From IMG/VR virus record IMGVR_UViG_3300028393_000019, positions 201,681 through 265,680 of that record: a stretch of DNA of 64,000 nt; one strand, 5' to 3'. Under the pieces are notes generated by a model that saw only the letters and a list, made by a program, of their open reading frames with translations, was not told the DNA's origin and did not search any database. Position numbers and translations under genes: made by a program. This document shows positions 47,315 to 64,000 of the stretch, piece by piece. Positions within the stretch are counted from its first letter, which is position 1. Every line of letters starts with the position of its first letter.

Positions 47315-47329
47315 TATTTATAATAAATA
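47315..47329. promoter_or_regulatory. Back-to-back late promoter cores
   Basis: TATTTA 47315-47320 and TAAATA 47324-47329. Confidence 0.6.
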
Positions 47330-47334
47330 TCATT

Positions 47335-47895
47335 ATGTATAACTTTATTAGGTACGTTAGTTTAAATGAGGGCTACTCTCCCAAAACATTGGAGCAATCT
47401 CCCTTGCCATACGCCAAGGATGATTTAGAGCCAGTCAAAAGTGAAGATACTATAAACTATCATTATGGAACACTGTACAAAGGATATGTAGATCGCTACA
47501 ACAAAGGTGAAGGAGATCCCGACTTCAACGAAGCAGGTGCTTTTTTACATGACATTTATTTCAAACAGTTTCATAAACCCACAGGTAACAATCATCCCGA
47601 TCACATAGCTTTGAATTTTATCAACAAACACTTTAAGACTTTTGAAAATTTCCGAGACAAAGTGCAAAAGTCAGCTATGGGTATACAGGGGTCTGGTTGG
47701 GTATACCTGGCTCGTGATGGGTCAATCAAAACTATCAAGAATCATGAGATTCGAATGGATATCATACTGCTGATTGACTGGTGGGAACATGCTTGGGCTT
47801 TGGATTATCAAGCTGACAAAAAAGCCTACTTGCGAAACATCTACAAAATAATCAACTGGAATGTGATTGGCTCTAGAGTTGGTCGAGTGTCTTAA
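47335..47895 (+). CDS. sod: Fe/Mn superoxide dismutase
   Basis: LPYAKDDLEP, TINYHY, FLHDIYF, GSGWVYL, IDWWEHAW; all four metal ligands present. Confidence 0.85.
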   Translation: MYNFIRYVSLNEGYSPKTLEQSPLPYAKDDLEPVKSEDTINYHYGTLYKGYVDRYNKGEGDPDFNEAGAFLHDIYFKQFHKPTGNNHPDHIALNFINKHFKTFENFRDKVQKSAMGIQGSGWVYLARDGSIKTIKNHEIRMDIILLIDWWEHAWALDYQADKKAYLRNIYKIINWNVIGSRVGRVS

Positions 47896-48160
47896 GACTG
47901 CTGGCCGGCATTGACCATACTTTTCTAGCTTCCACGCCCTTGAGCTGGGCAAACTTTTTAGCGTCACAATCACCACACACATGGTATACATTGTTGCTTA
48001 GTCGCTTGGGATCCATTGATCCCCTATCTCGTGTAAACACTTCCTGACAACAGTCGCATCTGAACACAAGTACTTGCTTTTCTCGCACATAGGTGTGAGT
48101 AAATCCCCGATTACTGGTTCTTACATAGTGGTTTTGTCGCTGTTCTGTTCTGATATACAT
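47873..48160 (-). CDS. Zn-finger-like hypothetical protein
   Basis: ATG at 48160; FRCDCC...HVCGDC. Confidence 0.6.
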   Translation of the reverse strand: MYIRTEQRQNHYVRTSNRGFTHTYVREKQVLVFRCDCCQEVFTRDRGSMDPKRLSNNVYHVCGDCDAKKFAQLKGVEARKVWSMPASSLKTLDQL

Positions 48161-48165
48161 TAATG

Positions 48166-48201
48166 TATTTACATTAAGGTTATAAAATTCTATGCTAAAT
48201 A
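48166..48201. promoter_or_regulatory. Back-to-back late promoter cores
   Basis: TATTTA 48166-48171 and TAAATA 48196-48201. Confidence 0.55.
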
Positions 48202-48218
48202 TTACAACAAGGGACAAC

Positions 48219-48542
48219 ATGATCACTATTTCTGCTTCGGCCAAGACTAAAATTAAAGATTTGATCTACGAAGAGGGCAATCCTAACCTAGCACTGCGTA
48301 CATTTGTACAGGGCGGCGGGTGTAGCGGATTCAGCTATGGCTTCACATTCGATGAAATAGCAAATGAAGATGATTTTACAATTCCCTTAGACGAATTTCG
48401 AGTACTTGTAGATGCAATGAGTATGCAGTATCTTACAGGTGCAGAGATAGATTATAAAGAAGATTTACAGGGCAGTTCATTCAGCATAAAGAATCCCAAC
48501 GCACAAACAACATGCGGTTGCGGTTCTAGCTTTGGAGTTTAA
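48219..48542 (+). CDS. erpA: A-type Fe-S cluster carrier (ErpA/IscA/HesB)
   Basis: [40 protein letters not shown]. Confidence 0.92.
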   Translation: MITISASAKTKIKDLIYEEGNPNLALRTFVQGGGCSGFSYGFTFDEIANEDDFTIPLDEFRVLVDAMSMQYLTGAEIDYKEDLQGSSFSIKNPNAQTTCGCGSSFGV

Positions 48543-48545
48543 TAA

Positions 48546-62051
<13,506 letters not shown>

Positions 62052-62053
62052 GG

Positions 62054-62059
62054 TAAATA
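62054..62059 (+). promoter_or_regulatory. Late promoter core TAAATA
   Basis: 17 nt upstream of ATG 62077, with GAGAG in between. Confidence 0.5.
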
Positions 62060-62076
62060 CTAAAAGAGAGTCTACT

Positions 62077-62826
62077 ATGACAGCACCATTACAAATTAAT
62101 ATCGGATCATACGCAAACGACGGCACAGGCGATGATTTGCGCAGTGCTTTTACCAAGGTAAATGCTAATTTTCTTGCTATCAGTCAAAGTGTAGGAATAA
62201 CCGGTGTTACTAATCTGGGCACTGGCACTGGTATTTTCAAAGACATACTTAACAATAATGCAGAGTTAAAAACACTAACCAGCACAGGAAATACTGTGGT
62301 CTTGACCGGTACAGCCACAACTGTAAACCTAGAAGCCAAGACTATATTATCTAGCGATACTACACCGTCGCTGAGTGCAAATTTGAATTTAAACAATTAC
62401 AAAATCACCGGTGGCGATGCACAAACCACAGTGTATGGATATGATCAACGTATAAGCGAAAATTTACTATCATTACTGTTAAACACAAACAATCTCACAG
62501 TAGACATGGGTACTATCGCCGCACCCACTGGATTTGAAACAAATGCCAAAGGATACTCTTGGGATTTCGGGGCAAATTTTATAACCAATAATAATCACAT
62601 AAACTTTGGAACTATTGCCGGTACTACACTAATTCAAGATGGACAAGACCATCAAGTGACACTGAGTGGGAATTTGGTTACTTCAGGCGGCTACAATTTG
62701 AATTTAAATCTCATAGGAAACAGTTCAGTAACATTGCCAGCCAGTGGCACCATATTATCAACTACCAGCCCAGCTGTTAGTTCACTAAGAGCACTGTCTG
62801 TGGCAATGGCTGCGGCCTTGGGTTAA
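62077..62826 (+). CDS. Structural protein, gp9/gp10-like N-terminus
   Basis: ATG at 62077; INIGSYANDGTGDDLRSAFTKVNANF; ends [10 protein letters not shown]. Confidence 0.75.
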   Translation: MTAPLQINIGSYANDGTGDDLRSAFTKVNANFLAISQSVGITGVTNLGTGTGIFKDILNNNAELKTLTSTGNTVVLTGTATTVNLEAKTILSSDTTPSLSANLNLNNYKITGGDAQTTVYGYDQRISENLLSLLLNTNNLTVDMGTIAAPTGFETNAKGYSWDFGANFITNNNHINFGTIAGTTLIQDGQDHQVTLSGNLVTSGGYNLNLNLIGNSSVTLPASGTILSTTSPAVSSLRALSVAMAAALG

Positions 62827-62837
62827 CTAAAAATATT

Positions 62838-64000
62838 ATGCCTTTAAATATCTGGACACAACCAACAGGTTATAGTTTTGGAACATTTCCTGAGCAAGTA
62901 TCGGTTAACTTACCATTACCGTTAATACCTGCGGCAGGATTTAACGGCGTGCCGCCGCCAAGCTACGACGGAACTGGGCACCATCCTACAGCACCGTTAC
63001 GCAATAGTGCAGGAGCACCATTTGCTCGAAATGCAGTAAACAGCTATACAGATGGCTTACATGCTATGCGTACTGATCTAGCCAATGCTCGCACAGTTAG
63101 TAATTTAGTAGTATGGGATCAAGTAAATGAAGGTGAAACTGTTGATCCAACTGGCTATAGTGGATTCATGTATGCATGGGGTCAATTCATAACTCATGAA
63201 CTAGCTAGTGAAAGAACTGGCGGTGCTAATATCGATGTTATAGTACCTGCTGGAGATACTAACCTAACACCAGGTAGTCATATTCCTGTATCTCGTGCGC
63301 AGGTTGCCGCAGGTACTGGGATCAATGGCATTGTTGCACTACCAATCAACGATGTAACTGGATGGATCGATGGTAGTGTAGTTTATGGTATTGCATACCC
63401 TCCCGGTGTTACACCAGTTAGTGGATTTACTAACCCAGTATTATTGCGAGAAGGCGGTTCAATCGCCACTACTGGCAAATTGTTAACATCTAGCAACGGA
63501 CAATATGGTCCCATTGTTAATGGATCATTTTTGTTTGGAGATCCCCGTGGAACTGAAAATCCGGATTTAACGTCTATACAAACATTATTCATTAGAGAAC
63601 ACAACTGGCATGTTGATCAGCTACGTGCGGCTAATCCATCTTGGACGGGTGAACAGTTATATCAACGTGCCCGCAATATTGTTATTGCAGAAGAACAAGT
63701 CATTACTTACAAAGAATGGTTACCAAAGATTATCGGTAATGATGCGATATCTGCTTACACTGGATTTAAACCTGAAGTCGATGCAAGTATAAAAATAGAA
63801 TTTGCTGCCGCGGCACTACGCTTTGGCCATAGCATAGTGTCTGGCGCACAAGATCGTGTAGATGAAGCGGGCAACATTACAGAATCTTTAACTTTAGGAC
63901 AAGCGTTTTTCTTAACACCTGCACAGTATGAACGCAACGGTGGCGCAAACGGATTCTTAAGAAAATTAGCCAGCGATATATCTAACAAATTAGATGTATA
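62838..64000 (+). CDS. Animal heme peroxidase (peroxidase-cyclooxygenase superfamily) domain protein, 3' truncated; not in ORF track
   Basis: 387 codons open to the window end: WGQFITHE (distal His), INDVTGWIDGSVVYG, GDPRGTENP (distal Arg/Glu), LFIREHN, ARNIVIAE.Q.ITYKEWLP, ALRFGHS (proximal His). Confidence 0.9.
   Translation, partial: MPLNIWTQPTGYSFGTFPEQVSVNLPLPLIPAAGFNGVPPPSYDGTGHHPTAPLRNSAGAPFARNAVNSYTDGLHAMRTDLANARTVSNLVVWDQVNEGETVDPTGYSGFMYAWGQFITHELASERTGGANIDVIVPAGDTNLTPGSHIPVSRAQVAAGTGINGIVALPINDVTGWIDGSVVYGIAYPPGVTPVSGFTNPVLLREGGSIATTGKLLTSSNGQYGPIVNGSFLFGDPRGTENPDLTSIQTLFIREHNWHVDQLRAANPSWTGEQLYQRARNIVIAEEQVITYKEWLPKIIGNDAISAYTGFKPEVDASIKIEFAAAALRFGHSIVSGAQDRVDEAGNITESLTLGQAFFLTPAQYERNGGANGFLRKLASDISNKLDV

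Noticed and set aside
63383-63988. Three short track ORFs at the window end
   Set aside because: Alternate frames of the peroxidase ORF that starts at 62838

Overview
64 kb of a large lytic T4-like myophage genome, standard genetic code. The host is probably an aquatic proteobacterium; this is inferred from ErpA and IF-1 resemblance and is not proven. Layout: (1) 1-17.3 kb, AT-rich tailoring-enzyme island with five paralogous 2OG-Fe(II)-type hydroxylases, a flavin halogenase, an amidinotransferase, a class III aminotransferase, three radical SAM enzymes (one B12-type, one with a Tes/GDGT-MAS-like N-terminus), AdoMetDC and a methyltransferase. (2) A tRNA-like RNA with a non-canonical anticodon arm, then sigma70-driven genes to about 31 kb (IF-1, phosphoesterase, MBD4-like glycosylase, lipoproteins including an entericidin-like one, YccA, MazG-like, peroxiredoxin, ClpP, DNA ligase). 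(3) 31-40 kb, nucleotide-sugar/glycosylation cluster with a split TPP E1 alpha/beta pair. (4) 41-48.5 kb, fibre-like genes, queD with a highly structured switch-like 5' leader, uvsE, SOD, ErpA. (5) 48.5-64 kb, structural module with a 4416-aa virion protein and, running off the end and missing from the ORF track, an animal-type heme peroxidase domain. Best leads: the queD leader RNA, the peroxidase in the structural operon, the tRNA-like RNA, and apparently leaderless late genes. Family calls come from motif recognition only; no searches were run.
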